From positions 1-32,525 of the forward strand of contig CAZRFC010000004.1 in the NCBI GenBank assembly GCA_964598975.1: a DNA stretch of 32,525 nt, written 5' to 3'. The stretch's first letter is position 1, and every line of letters begins with the position of its first letter. Source of the DNA: an uncultured Mycobacterium sp. (GTDB taxonomy: Bacteria; Actinomycetota; Actinomycetes; Mycobacteriales; Mycobacteriaceae). Shown piece by piece: positions 7,501 through 13,524 of the stretch. The notes under the pieces were generated by a model. That model was not told the origin of the DNA and did no database searches. It worked only from the letters and a program-made list of their open reading frames with translations. A program made the position numbers and the translations under genes.

Positions 7501-9053
7501 GCTCCGGCAGGTTGGCCGGCGGTGGAAGTTGATACGGCGGACTGGTCAGCAGACTTGCTGCCGCCGAGTGCGTCAGGGTTCGCTTCATCGGGAGCTCCAG
7601 GTTTCGTGCGCGGCCGGACAATCCAGCCGCCCTGCACGGGGATCGTGATGCCACCAATGGCCGAGGCGGTCTTGTTGGCCGCCACCTCGGACAGGGGGGC
7701 GCCGGCCGGGCCGATGCGGTCGCCCGGCTCGATGATGGCGTCCATGTGCGGAAGCTGGCGCACCGGGCGCTCGCGCACGCTTTGCAGCTCCCGATTGGCG
7801 TCCTCTCGCATGCCGGCGATGTAGTCGTCGGCGCGGCGGTCCTCCAGGTTGGATCGCGCGGCCGTGATCATCGAGGCATTGGTGTCTGCGCCGCCCAGCG
7901 ACGGAACGCCCAGCAGCGCAGCCGGATCGGTGCCGGTGAGGGACTTCTCCATGCGGGCGGTAGCGTCGCCAACCTGGGCCGCCGGCACGCCGCCCGGCAT
8001 CTCGGGCATCTTCACCGACTTCTGGAAAGCGTCGATGGCCGTGTCCACGTCCGGCGCGGCGATGATGTCGCGCGGCTTCTTCTCGGGCTCGGCGGGCTTG
8101 CGCAGGGCGCCAGCGAGGTTCGCTCCGCCGCCCATTGCGGCGCCCGACAGCGTGCCCAGCACGGCCGCCTGCGAGACTTGATAGTCCAGGGGGCGGTCGA
8201 GCGCGATGTTCTGGAGCACTTGCTCCATGACGGACTGGGGCAGCTCCTCCAGCAGGCCCTCAGAGACGGCCCCTTCGAGCACTTGGCGGGTGATGCCCTT
8301 GGCCACCTTCGGGTTGACCGCGGCTCCGGCGAGCATCGTGTCGACGTCGGCGATGCCCAGGCTCTTGGCCACCCGGGCTCCCAGCATGCCGAACAGGCTG
8401 GTGGCGGCGCCGGTAGCCACGGCCAGCCTTGGCTGGTCGCCGGTCAGCAGGCCGTCCTTGGTTTCCTGGCGGATCTGCTCGGCCGCGCTGCCGGCCGATG
8501 CGATGCCTTCGCCCAGGGCGCCGGCCATGCCCGCGCCGATGCGCCCGCCGGCAGCGGCCACCATCCCGCGGCCGGCCAAGCCGCCGGCACCCATCAGCGG
8601 CAGGCTCTCCACGATGGAATGACCGATGGTGGACGGGTTGCTGACAGCCGCCTTGAAGGTGTTCCACAGCCCCTCGGCCTTCTGGACTTGCTCGTTGGCG
8701 GCCTTCTGGGCGGGGCTGTAGGCCTCGTCCAGCATCTTCTTGGCCTCGCCCGGCCGGAAGCCAACCTCCTCCAGGGCCTTGCCGGCCCGGCCGCCGGTAA
8801 CGATGTCGGCCAGACCGACGGCCGCTTCGGGTACGCCGATGGCGCCCTTGAGTGCACTCAGTCCGGTGTCGGCGACGGTTCCCCAGAAGGTTCGGGGTGG
8901 TGCCGGCGGCTCCTTCGGCGTGACGCCGAGCTGCTTGGCGACCTGTTCACGCGGGAGGTCCGCGTAGTAGGCCATGTGGATGGCGTCGACCACCTGATCA
9001 TCGTCCAGACCTTCCAGGTGGGGCAGCGTTGCCCGAGCTTCTTGCAGATTCAT
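1..9053 (-). CDS. Giant DarB-like polyvalent (probably virion-ejected, antirestriction) protein, >3017 aa, 3' end outside the window
   Basis: ATG at 9053 with AAGGA upstream (MNLQEARATLPHLEGLDDDQVVDAIHMAYY...). The same frame at the window edge reads KGTQLVFSDLGTP. No minus-strand ORF in this frame appears in the track, consistent with no internal stop. Contains ParB-like, PC/ENP C5-MTase, EPGAGVG/NPPF N6-MTase and HVVGAGKT/DEAH SNF2 motifs. It is the last gene of the ejection-protein block. Confidence 0.93.
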   Translation of the reverse strand, partial: MNLQEARATLPHLEGLDDDQVVDAIHMAYYADLPREQVAKQLGVTPKEPPAPPRTFWGTVADTGLSALKGAIGVPEAAVGLADIVTGGRAGKALEEVGFRPGEAKKMLDEAYSPAQKAANEQVQKAEGLWNTFKAAVSNPSTIGHSIVESLPLMGAGGLAGRGMVAAAGGRIGAGMAGALGEGIASAGSAAEQIRQETKDGLLTGDQPRLAVATGAATSLFGMLGARVAKSLGIADVDTMLAGAAVNPKVAKGITRQVLEGAVSEGLLEELPQSVMEQVLQNIALDRPLDYQVSQAAVLGTLSGAAMGGGANLAGALRKPAEPEKKPRDIIAAPDVDTAIDAFQKSVKMPEMPGGVPAAQVGDATARMEKSLTGTDPAALLGVPSLGGADTNASMITAARSNLEDRRADDYIAGMREDANRELQSVRERPVRQLPHMDAIIEPGDRIGPAGAPLSEVAANKTASAIGGITIPVQGGWIVRPRTKPGAPDEANPDALGGSKSADQSAVSTSTAGQPAGAPGAAAPGGMPAGTGVAPRGGDAGLDVAPTGLADQGGRGAGASDADPQVGQGETGGLRALGGLDGRSDANGDAAAEVDGWKRFPPEMRSLDVPRTDMPQIKAEHRGAMVNFLNARGIEHSEELDVSPGTLRPTQAEYSPAKIEQARAFTGGNRAILVSADNRILDGHHQWAQALQDDKPIRIIRLKAPITQLLNTVKEFPSATTDDSSAAAASPTPAPAPDADPGAAAADAADGRAGEIGPSGGPVAADAEGAPSADVAPPAAGQGSDVGARWDRMTPGERRVLLTQNTKAKGKAIDRVSAQPWDALEPGWQKTVMRIMPAAAAQDEQQAPEATNSRKAPLPVPEEAFVELMNESMGEDEDPYDDLFKPADKMVDADKATTGVMTPEEAKKRLDEWKAHAMAQGEDSANSEKTVLSLFDASGVWSQPWRDAGYNVITFDIQNGQDINDFSAQYLIEELDIQNVYAILAAPPCTDFSSSGAHAWSKKDADGRTEASIELVRQTLRTISLFRPSIWALENPVGRIAKLTGLPNPTLAFQPHNYGDPYTKRTMLWGSFETDLPQANVEPTEGSKITKLSGYDKFGRSLTPEGFAYAFFMANNAQDLGVAKTIAREFRGVDEKLVQQALDAGMSEREVFDLVADDGNDRAIDSANKALRDAIKERRPKATSAPAAPRKGAAQETRDNSPVVQFGRAMLTAGLELDGLDPRKWSIDLGSGHEVEARLSPDNGTVFVTRFAGGTVAQSADVPYGAEASRMVRDFVSVAMRAPARDDRPPSENPAGEQLSVNQTVYAKDSGNAGVVRGFKEDGKVVMVMWDGMADRRGAAYPRDQLTTKKPDVGQRDELDSEMQGYEDRAGIEGWWGVGGARGQKDSLLAPGRVQALQAIGVSNQRAGYGKDGDLTKVLWNYLPDDIKEKLVALRKAGWTPKEADAPAAPTPTAAPKPDPLTEQEKAAKAKMLGAAAKLAQLLSKNTRMNITPEQEQAMLPIVIELFEGAMDLGYVKFKQAARYVRKFIADAIDQDAADAIPLDTLQGAYIATARRHQDKAITPKGEVVMTELADVLADDEESTTTTPAAPPANNGGQDGTARNMDRPSEGAPGGEPSADVPAADGKRGSGRVPDQGGRDDQQGAPDSAVPGSGVSAGMGAGAGAPVSGGRARRGAKPAGNGGVPRPPRADAGPGLFDDARREGADDGLTSPTLEPAQPPQFKPQDFTIEDDFELGEGGKKQKFRDTIAAVRLAKELMEQEATLGGGRVVTPEEQQVLAKYAGWGAVWEAFDADKPDWQREFVELKSLLTEEEYAAAKRSTRYAHYTSRQVVQDGIYAALRRFGFTGGRVLEPGAGVGNFIGLMPQDMRSAGRVTAVEREPMAATIAHALYPMQNVQLADFTEFKGNDGYFDAVVGNPPFAADSQTDSSGRKHLTGLTLHNYFFAKSVDMLREGGILAQVVTSGFLDAQGDRARKYIGDRTKFLGAIRLPNNAFSKNAGTEVTTDIIFLQKRPESEWGSKAARAEAAAWMAAPNWTSATGEKLPLNQYFHDHPEMMLGEFGPYGTMYRKGASAVVARPGQDTAALLKEAVARLPESVYKSAAEMGTSDMVDAAVIALRNPPVQEGGFFIEDGKLIQRLTDMAGEPRGVEITAETKWTAKTSLGADGFDKLRRLAEMRSTLRSLLAAEFAGSEEMDALRQKLNEQYDEFVKKHHLLNDRGTYRVFDDDPDFPLLLSLETDYTPGIGAAEAKKMGLKPTKSTAKKSAIFRQSVVNSRTKVQRVDKPEDAIAVSMAERGRLDTAYIAELLGRPAQDVLQDMISGDSPLLFLDPATDEYTLRDVYLSGNVRKKLAQAKAAGMAGNVSALERVQPEDVPAHEIGAKIGAPWVPTSVYEDFAKELFGEGTEASIQYQKMNSSYATYIKVGSEVNNSNKWGIPKYTGEQLLAAMLNNRTIKVEYRDKEGTHLDKEATEMANVKAQEIRDRFNDWLFSDPDRSEVLVRAYNDTNNNYVVRNYDGSWMTFPGKVPDSIIKFRRHQRNAIARIVQDRTTLLDHVVGAGKTFTVVSAAIELRRTGLAKKPMVTVPNHLVKQWAADFYRLYPGARVLTASKKDFQRENRRRFLAKIATGDWDAVVIAHSSFGFIRPGAEFEAKFNDKQVALLKEALEEVQDGDGNESAKKRTVKQLEGMIERLENRIKSLRDKAMDDLLDFDQLGVDQLFVDEAHLFKNLLYTTKLQGVAGLGDPAGAKRAYDMYVKTQEVMEKNGRGQGVVFATGTPVSNSLAEKYHMMRYLMPQQMEELGFQSFDAWANTYAEVTQVWMQKTSGDGFKAQNRMSTFVNVHELLRLFDQVADTVTNQDIKQAYREENNGEEYPLPPVKTGRRIPVSIEQTPAQREYMADLVKRAKVLEAKKGPPKKGEDNHLSLMTDARKAAMDIRLVDVDRIEREPGGRVDAAAANIFERYQQYAKHKGTQLVFSDLGTPVKHAQAELKEYNALRGIIAEASEDVRDRAALGDERSQ
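2850..3880 (-). other. N6-adenine DNA methyltransferase domain of the giant protein
   Basis: LAKYAGWG, AHYTS, VLEPGAGVGNF (motif I), VVGNPPF (NPPF at 3294-3305), LHNYFFAKS, GAIRLPNNAF, GTEVTTDIIFLQK. Confidence 0.93.
3926..4258 (-). CDS. Nested same-strand gene (+1 frame inside the giant ORF), 110 aa, TnpV-like helical protein
   Basis: GGAGG 5 nt before the ATG. Codons in this frame mostly end in G/C, while the host frame turns into G/R/P/A/D low-complexity sequence. HLEENRPQTFQRLTASGDLDEYL resembles the TnpV signature (YLKEHRP.LY..LL.SGKL..YL). Confidence 0.82.
   Translation of the reverse strand: MAQHATWIAQARAHLEENRPQTFQRLTASGDLDEYLTKAAETTSKELQILLSQGLEFQQAWEQARVHLFPEAEPGAEPSLPETEGFRAHRELMQGLGSLTMPGEKEPMTD
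5710..6270 (-). other. Compact C5-cytosine DNA methyltransferase-like domain of the giant protein
   Basis: TVLSLFDASG (variant motif I), ILAAPPCTDF (catalytic PC at 6087-6092), WALENPVG (ENP at 5946-5954), YTKRTMLW, RSLTPEGFAYAFF. Confidence 0.85.
6728..6901 (-). CDS. Candidate nested small gene (+1 frame), 57 aa
   Basis: AAGGAG 7 nt before a GTG. Reads MRPPTIPARRPPRLPRRLRQTPILVPLPLMPQTVGQVRLVRPADLWLLMQKAPRALM*. Over about 6730-6840 the host-frame codons are unusually A/T-ending and the +1 frame is G/C-ending. Confidence 0.4.
   Translation of the reverse strand: MRPPTIPARRPPRLPRRLRQTPILVPLPLMPQTVGQVRLVRPADLWLLMQKAPRALM
6905..7266 (-). other. ParB/Sulfiredoxin-like domain of the giant protein
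   Basis: PRTDMPQI...TLRPTQAEY...ILVSADNRILDGHHQW...IRIIRL matches the ParB-N PTQ and DGHH(R/Q) motifs. Confidence 0.8.
7271..7588 (-). CDS. Nested same-strand gene (+1 frame inside the giant ORF), 105 aa hypothetical protein
   Basis: GGAG 6 nt before the ATG at 7588 (MKRTLTHSAAASLL...EMLLPK*). Globular-type composition with G/C-ending codons. The host frame over the same interval is a G/A/D/P-rich linker. Confidence 0.72.
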   Translation of the reverse strand: MKRTLTHSAAASLLTSPPYQLPPPANLPEHLGLLRQEACRPVPEWRHVAAMLDWMLPPQVWRIKVVEEQAPVMLTPKLVKAKLVGYELSVVWTDEVMPMEMLLPK

Positions 9054-9072
9054 CCGCGGCGTCCTTGTGTGG

Positions 9073-9150
9073 CTTGCGCGCCCTTGGCGCAAGACCGTGA
9101 AAGTTGCCGGGGCAGCTACCCCGGCGTCGCCATTATCAGCCTGCCGGGGC
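9073..9150 (-). promoter_or_regulatory. Structured leader upstream of the giant gene (alternative hairpins; possible sigma70-like promoter)
   Basis: Minus-strand GCCGGGG-TAGCTG-CCCCGGC hairpin (9106-9125) followed by AACTTTC. A second CCCCGGC lies at 9143-9149. CTTGCGC/GCGCAAG stem (9073-9093) sits just before the SD. TTGTGA-N18-GATAAT overlaps the upstream stop. Confidence 0.4.
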
Positions 9151-9155
9151 TGGTT

Positions 9156-10583
9156 TCACAAGCCCAAGGCCTCGCGGACCCTGCGCTGTTGCGCGGGCAT
9201 CATGTCCTTCAGCAGCGCGTCGAGGCGCTTGCCGGCCAGACTGGCCTCGGCGGTGGCGCGTTGGACGGCGCCCTCCTGCTGCGACTTGGCGGCCTCCACC
9301 ACCTTCTGCTGGGCTTGCCGAACTGCCTGGGCAGCCTGGATGAGGGCGGGGGCACGCTCGCCCACGATCTGCTCGATTTCCGTGCTGCCCGAGGCGCCCA
9401 GGGCCGTGCGCACGGCCAGATCCGGGGACGGCGGCGCGGCCGGCGGCAGGGGGCCGCCTCGCGTGCCGGCGCGCAGCTTGGCGATCTTCTCCTCCATGGA
9501 TCCGCCGAAGTCCTCGCCCCGCTTCACCCGGCCGGCATCGTTGACGCCCGGGATGTCGCCCAGACTGCGCGGGAGCGCGGTTGGCCCCGCGGCCGGAGGA
9601 CCGCCAGCGGTGATCATGGACCGAGCGGGAGCGGCCGCCGGACGTGGCGCCGGCGCGGCAGGGGCCCGGCCGATGGTCACGCCGACCCGCTTGGCCTCCT
9701 CCTGGATGCGCTGAAGGTCGGTTTCCGCGCGCTCGATTTCCTCCGGCGTCTTCGCCTGCTGGCGGTGGCGCGTGGCCTTCTCGAACTCCTGGGTGTAGAT
9801 CGTCTGATAGTCGTTGTCGCCCGGCTGGATGAGCGCACCGGGCTTGCCGGCTGGCGCGCGATGGGCCGCCGAGCCTGATGGCGAGCGTGCGCCACGCATG
9901 CCCAGAGGGTCGGCCGCGGCCGGCTGCCCGGCCTCCTTGGTGCCGCGTGCGTAGAGGCCTTCGCGGCGCAGCTTGAGGGCGGACAGCTCCGCCTCCATGC
10001 GCTTCTGGTCCGGCGTGCCAGCCCATTCCTGCTTCGCGCGGGCGTTGTCGATGGCGGTGGCCTTGCGCTCGATTTCCTTGTCCAGCGAGTCGATCTGCTC
10101 CTTGAGCATCGGGTCGAGCTTCTTGCCGGATCCCTCCACCAGCGCGGTGGACCGGCCGGAGTAGTAGTCGGCACGAGCGCGCCGCTCCTCCTTCTCCGCG
10201 TCCGTCTCCTGGGCCTCCTTCATGGCCTTGGTGTTGGCGGCGATGGTGTCCCGGTTCTTGGTGTTGAACTCCAGGTCGGCGCTCTTGGCCTTGACGGAGG
10301 CGCTGACGGCCATGTCGGCACGCTCGGGCGCCCGGGTCTTCTCGTTCTCCCATGCCCGGGTGTCTGCCCGGATGGCCGTCTGCTCCGCGCGCTGCTCGGC
10401 CTGAATCTTGTAGCCCTCGGCCGTGCGAAGGCGCCACTCTTCCATGGCCTTCTGGTCGGCCTGGGCCTGCTTGCGCTCCTCTTCCTTCTGCATGAGGGCG
10501 GCCTCGTTCATCATGGCGCCGCCGAGCCCGGTACCGCCACCGAAGCCGCCGAGTGCGCCGATCATCCCGAATCCCATACCCAT
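9156..10583 (-). CDS. Putative internal virion/ejection protein, 475 aa
   Basis: Gly-rich hydrophobic N-terminus (MGMGFGMIGALGGFGGG) followed by charged coiled-coil sequence. GGAGG SD. Lies in the ejection block. Confidence 0.75.
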   Translation of the reverse strand: MGMGFGMIGALGGFGGGTGLGGAMMNEAALMQKEEERKQAQADQKAMEEWRLRTAEGYKIQAEQRAEQTAIRADTRAWENEKTRAPERADMAVSASVKAKSADLEFNTKNRDTIAANTKAMKEAQETDAEKEERRARADYYSGRSTALVEGSGKKLDPMLKEQIDSLDKEIERKATAIDNARAKQEWAGTPDQKRMEAELSALKLRREGLYARGTKEAGQPAAADPLGMRGARSPSGSAAHRAPAGKPGALIQPGDNDYQTIYTQEFEKATRHRQQAKTPEEIERAETDLQRIQEEAKRVGVTIGRAPAAPAPRPAAAPARSMITAGGPPAAGPTALPRSLGDIPGVNDAGRVKRGEDFGGSMEEKIAKLRAGTRGGPLPPAAPPSPDLAVRTALGASGSTEIEQIVGERAPALIQAAQAVRQAQQKVVEAAKSQQEGAVQRATAEASLAGKRLDALLKDMMPAQQRRVREALGL

Positions 10584-10584
10584 A

Positions 10585-11049
10585 TCAACCTCCCGCGTTG
10601 AGCATGCCGGTCATCGGCTGTGGGGCGCCCGGGGCGGCCGGCGGCATCTCGCCGCCACCCTGGACGCGCTGGTTGTGCTCCAGCACGGCTGCCTTGGCCA
10701 CCTCGGCGGCAAAGGTTGCGATGCTCTTCTCGTCGTTGGGGATCAGCTTGGCGCTGGCCAGCATCTCCGCGACGTTGCCGATGACCTCGATGCCGGCGAC
10801 CATCATGGTGAGCATGTCCACCTGCGCGCCCGCCTTCTGGGCCGAGTCGTAGATGGATTGCAGCAGCGGCGCGATGGCGTCGAGCACGGCTTCCTTCGGG
10901 TCGCCGGCCTGCGCCTTCGTGATGATGGCGTCCGCGTTCTGTCCCTGGCCGCCGATGATGTGCGTCATCGCTTGCCGGACGACAAGATCCTTCGCCTTGA
11001 GCTGCTGTGGGTCCAGGCCCTGCGTGGACTGCGGCGTGATGGGGTCCAT
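10585..11049 (-). CDS. Hypothetical helical protein of the ejection module, 154 aa
   Basis: AAGGA SD, tight packing with neighbours, phage-like codon usage. Confidence 0.8.
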   Translation of the reverse strand: MDPITPQSTQGLDPQQLKAKDLVVRQAMTHIIGGQGQNADAIITKAQAGDPKEAVLDAIAPLLQSIYDSAQKAGAQVDMLTMMVAGIEVIGNVAEMLASAKLIPNDEKSIATFAAEVAKAAVLEHNQRVQGGGEMPPAAPGAPQPMTGMLNAGG

Positions 11050-11061
11050 GGTAAAGATCCT

Positions 11062-11760
11062 TTACTTGTAGGGCGTGGCCGTCACCATGCCGCCCACCGG
11101 GCTGTAGCGCGATCCGGCAGTGCCGTAGCGAGCATTCGCGCGCGCACGGTTCTCGGTGTCGATCTTCTGGTCGTTCAGCTTGTCCTGGAGCATGCCCTGG
11201 CCGATGCCCGTGAGGACTCGCCCGGTGACGTCCATGCCAGCGCGCGTGCCCAGGAAGTCCTTGCCCTGCTTGAAGATGGTGTCCAGGATCCCGGTGGATG
11301 CGGACTGCTGCGTGGCCAGCCCGGTGCCGGCCGATGGAGTCACGGCCATGCCCGACGGCGCACTCTGCGCCAGCCCGGAGCTTGGCGTCTGCGCCAGTCC
11401 GGTGCTGGGGGTCGCGGCCGGCTGGGCGGCGGTCGATGGTGCTGCCGTCGCGGCATCGGCGCCCATGGGCGGCGCGGCTGCCGCAGCTCCAGCGGCCGGG
11501 GCCGCAGCTCCTGCCGCCTCGATGCCGGCGGCCGCGCCACCGCTGGCCACCGCTTCATCGGCGATGGCCGCGGCGGCCGTGGCGGCCTCAGAGCTCACCC
11601 CTCCGAGTACGCCGCTCAGTGCCGGAGCCACCACGTTGGCGATACCGGCTGTGACGGCGCCCAGCAGCGCCCCCTTCAGGATGTTGCCGCCCTGGACGGC
11701 GGCACTCACGGCGCCGACTGCGGCGCCTACGAGCATGGGGGTGATCAGTGCGGGTGGCAT
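11062..11760 (-). CDS. Putative ejection (pilot/DNA transfer) protein, 232 aa
   Basis: GGAGG-N4-ATG at 11760. Gly/Ala-rich hydrophobic N-terminus (LVGAAVGAVSAAVQGGNILKGALLGAVTAG), directly after the GNAT gene, as in podovirus ejection operons. Confidence 0.78.
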   Translation of the reverse strand: MPPALITPMLVGAAVGAVSAAVQGGNILKGALLGAVTAGIANVVAPALSGVLGGVSSEAATAAAAIADEAVASGGAAAGIEAAGAAAPAAGAAAAAPPMGADAATAAPSTAAQPAATPSTGLAQTPSSGLAQSAPSGMAVTPSAGTGLATQQSASTGILDTIFKQGKDFLGTRAGMDVTGRVLTGIGQGMLQDKLNDQKIDTENRARANARYGTAGSRYSPVGGMVTATPYK

Positions 11761-12134
11761 GTGGCCTCCTTCTTCAGGATGATGAATTCTCCGCGGCTTC
11801 CGCTTTCCTGGAACCCCAGCCGCTTCGCAAACTCGACGGCGCGGCGGTTGTCCTGGTGCGGTGTGGCGAAGATGTCGCAGTCGTGCGTCCAGGCGCGGTA
11901 GGCCCGCAGCAGCTTTGGCGATACCCAGCGGCCGTGGTACTCGGGCCGGACGGCGATGTGAACCATGTGGTTCTTGAACAGGATGCCCCCGAACATGCGG
12001 CCTTCGCTGTCCGTGATGGGCCACAGCTCCGTCTCCAGGCTGTAGTGCGCGAGCCATGCCTCGATGGGTGGCACGTTCATGCCGCACGCCACCATCACGT
12101 CATAGAACTCGCGCATTTGGCCCTGGTCCGGCAT
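11745..12134 (-). CDS. GNAT-fold acetyltransferase-like virion assembly protein (P22 gp14/T7 gp13-like position)
   Basis: HIAVRPEYHGRW and DNRRAVEFAKRLGF are GNAT motifs. TGATG coupling to the upstream gene. Confidence 0.82.
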   Translation of the reverse strand: MPDQGQMREFYDVMVACGMNVPPIEAWLAHYSLETELWPITDSEGRMFGGILFKNHMVHIAVRPEYHGRWVSPKLLRAYRAWTHDCDIFATPHQDNRRAVEFAKRLGFQESGSRGEFIILKKEATCHPH

Positions 12135-13513
12135 CAGGCCCCCGATCCGCCGAAGTCAGCGGTGATCAGCCCGGACCCGGCTGGTGCCGGCGCTGGTGCC
12201 GGGGCGGCGCCCTGGCTGTTGAGGAGCTGCTGCATGCGCGCCTTGGCCGCGGCCCGGCGCTCGAACGGCTGTGCGGGGTCGTTGGCGATGTTGGCCAGCG
12301 TGTCGATGTTGCTGATGGCCTCGATGCTGGTGTCTCCGGTGGGCACCGCGATGGTCAGCCACTCCTTCTGCCACCCGGGCTGTGCCGCAAACATATTGTT
12401 GACGTAGGTCAGATCCGAGTCGCGCACGGCCGCGGCTTGCTGGATGGCCACGGTCTTGTCGGCCGGCGTCATCTGGCTGGCGTTGATGTTGTTCACCGTG
12501 CTGTTGTAGCGCTCCATGGCCCGGTCGTTGGCGCCCAGGTAGTCCGCGCGCAGCTTGTACTGGCGCTCGGCTTCGTTGTTCGCATAGTCGGCGTCCTTCA
12601 GGCGCAGGTTCTGCTGGAACTGCTGCTCCGACAGTTGCGACTGCCCGGCGATGTCGCGCTCCTTCATGGCGAAGTCGTTGCCGGCGCGCACGTTGTTCTG
12701 CCGGTTCTGGAAGTACCGCTCGGCGTCCGGGCCCACGATTTCGATGGCCTTGGAGATGGCGGCCTCTTGCGCCGCCTGGAGCGCCATGGACGAGTTGCGC
12801 AGACCGCGTGCGTTGAAGGCCTGCATCTGCCGGTCGACGGCTTGGCGGATGACGGGGTTGGTGTAGTTGCCCTTGTCGTCAGTGGCGAGAACCTGCCCGA
12901 GGCGGCCCTGGATCGTCTCGTTGGAGAAGTCCATCGGGCTGTCCGTGATGCGGCCGTCCTTGCCCTTCTCGCCGGTCACGCCCGGGCTGGGCCCGGTGGT
13001 GCCGTAGCCGAAGCGCTGGAAGTGCTGCCCGAGCTGGGCGCCGGTCCAGAGCTGCTGGCCGTTGGCGTCCTTGATGGCCGTCGCAAGCTGGTCATCGCTC
13101 AGGTTGTAGTTGTTCTTGATTGCCCACAGGTTGGCCGTGGAGCGTGCGCCCTCTCCGGATGCCCAGTTCAGCCCCGCCACCTCCTTGGCCCAGTCGCCAC
13201 CGTTCACCGCGGGCGCGGCGGGCGCAGGAGCCCCGACCGGCGGCGACGTGGGGGCCGGGCTCACCCCGATCATGCCGGTGTTCGAGGTGGGCGCCGGGGC
13301 TGGCGATGGCGTTCCAGATCCGACCGTGGCCGATCCGCCCCACGATGGTACCGACGGCGCGGCCGGAGCGGCCGGGGCCGGCGTGGGCACGGGCGCGGGG
13401 CTGGTGGGGGCCGCTGCCTGCTGGCCGACGGGGCCAAAGGATGCGTTGCCGATCGGCGGCTCGGTCGGAGCGGGCGCTGCCGCGATCATGCCGGGGTACA
13501 GGAGTGCGGTCAT
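12134..13513 (-). CDS. Putative internal virion/ejection protein, 459 aa
   Basis: GAGGA SD before the ATG at 13513. Pro/Ala-rich N-terminus, then QAFNARGLRNSSMALQAAQEAAI and a Q/N-rich helical region typical of podovirus DNA-transfer proteins. Confidence 0.78.
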   Translation of the reverse strand: MTALLYPGMIAAAPAPTEPPIGNASFGPVGQQAAAPTSPAPVPTPAPAAPAAPSVPSWGGSATVGSGTPSPAPAPTSNTGMIGVSPAPTSPPVGAPAPAAPAVNGGDWAKEVAGLNWASGEGARSTANLWAIKNNYNLSDDQLATAIKDANGQQLWTGAQLGQHFQRFGYGTTGPSPGVTGEKGKDGRITDSPMDFSNETIQGRLGQVLATDDKGNYTNPVIRQAVDRQMQAFNARGLRNSSMALQAAQEAAISKAIEIVGPDAERYFQNRQNNVRAGNDFAMKERDIAGQSQLSEQQFQQNLRLKDADYANNEAERQYKLRADYLGANDRAMERYNSTVNNINASQMTPADKTVAIQQAAAVRDSDLTYVNNMFAAQPGWQKEWLTIAVPTGDTSIEAISNIDTLANIANDPAQPFERRAAAKARMQQLLNSQGAAPAPAPAPAGSGLITADFGGSGA

Positions 13514-13524
13514 TGGTGTTCCTC

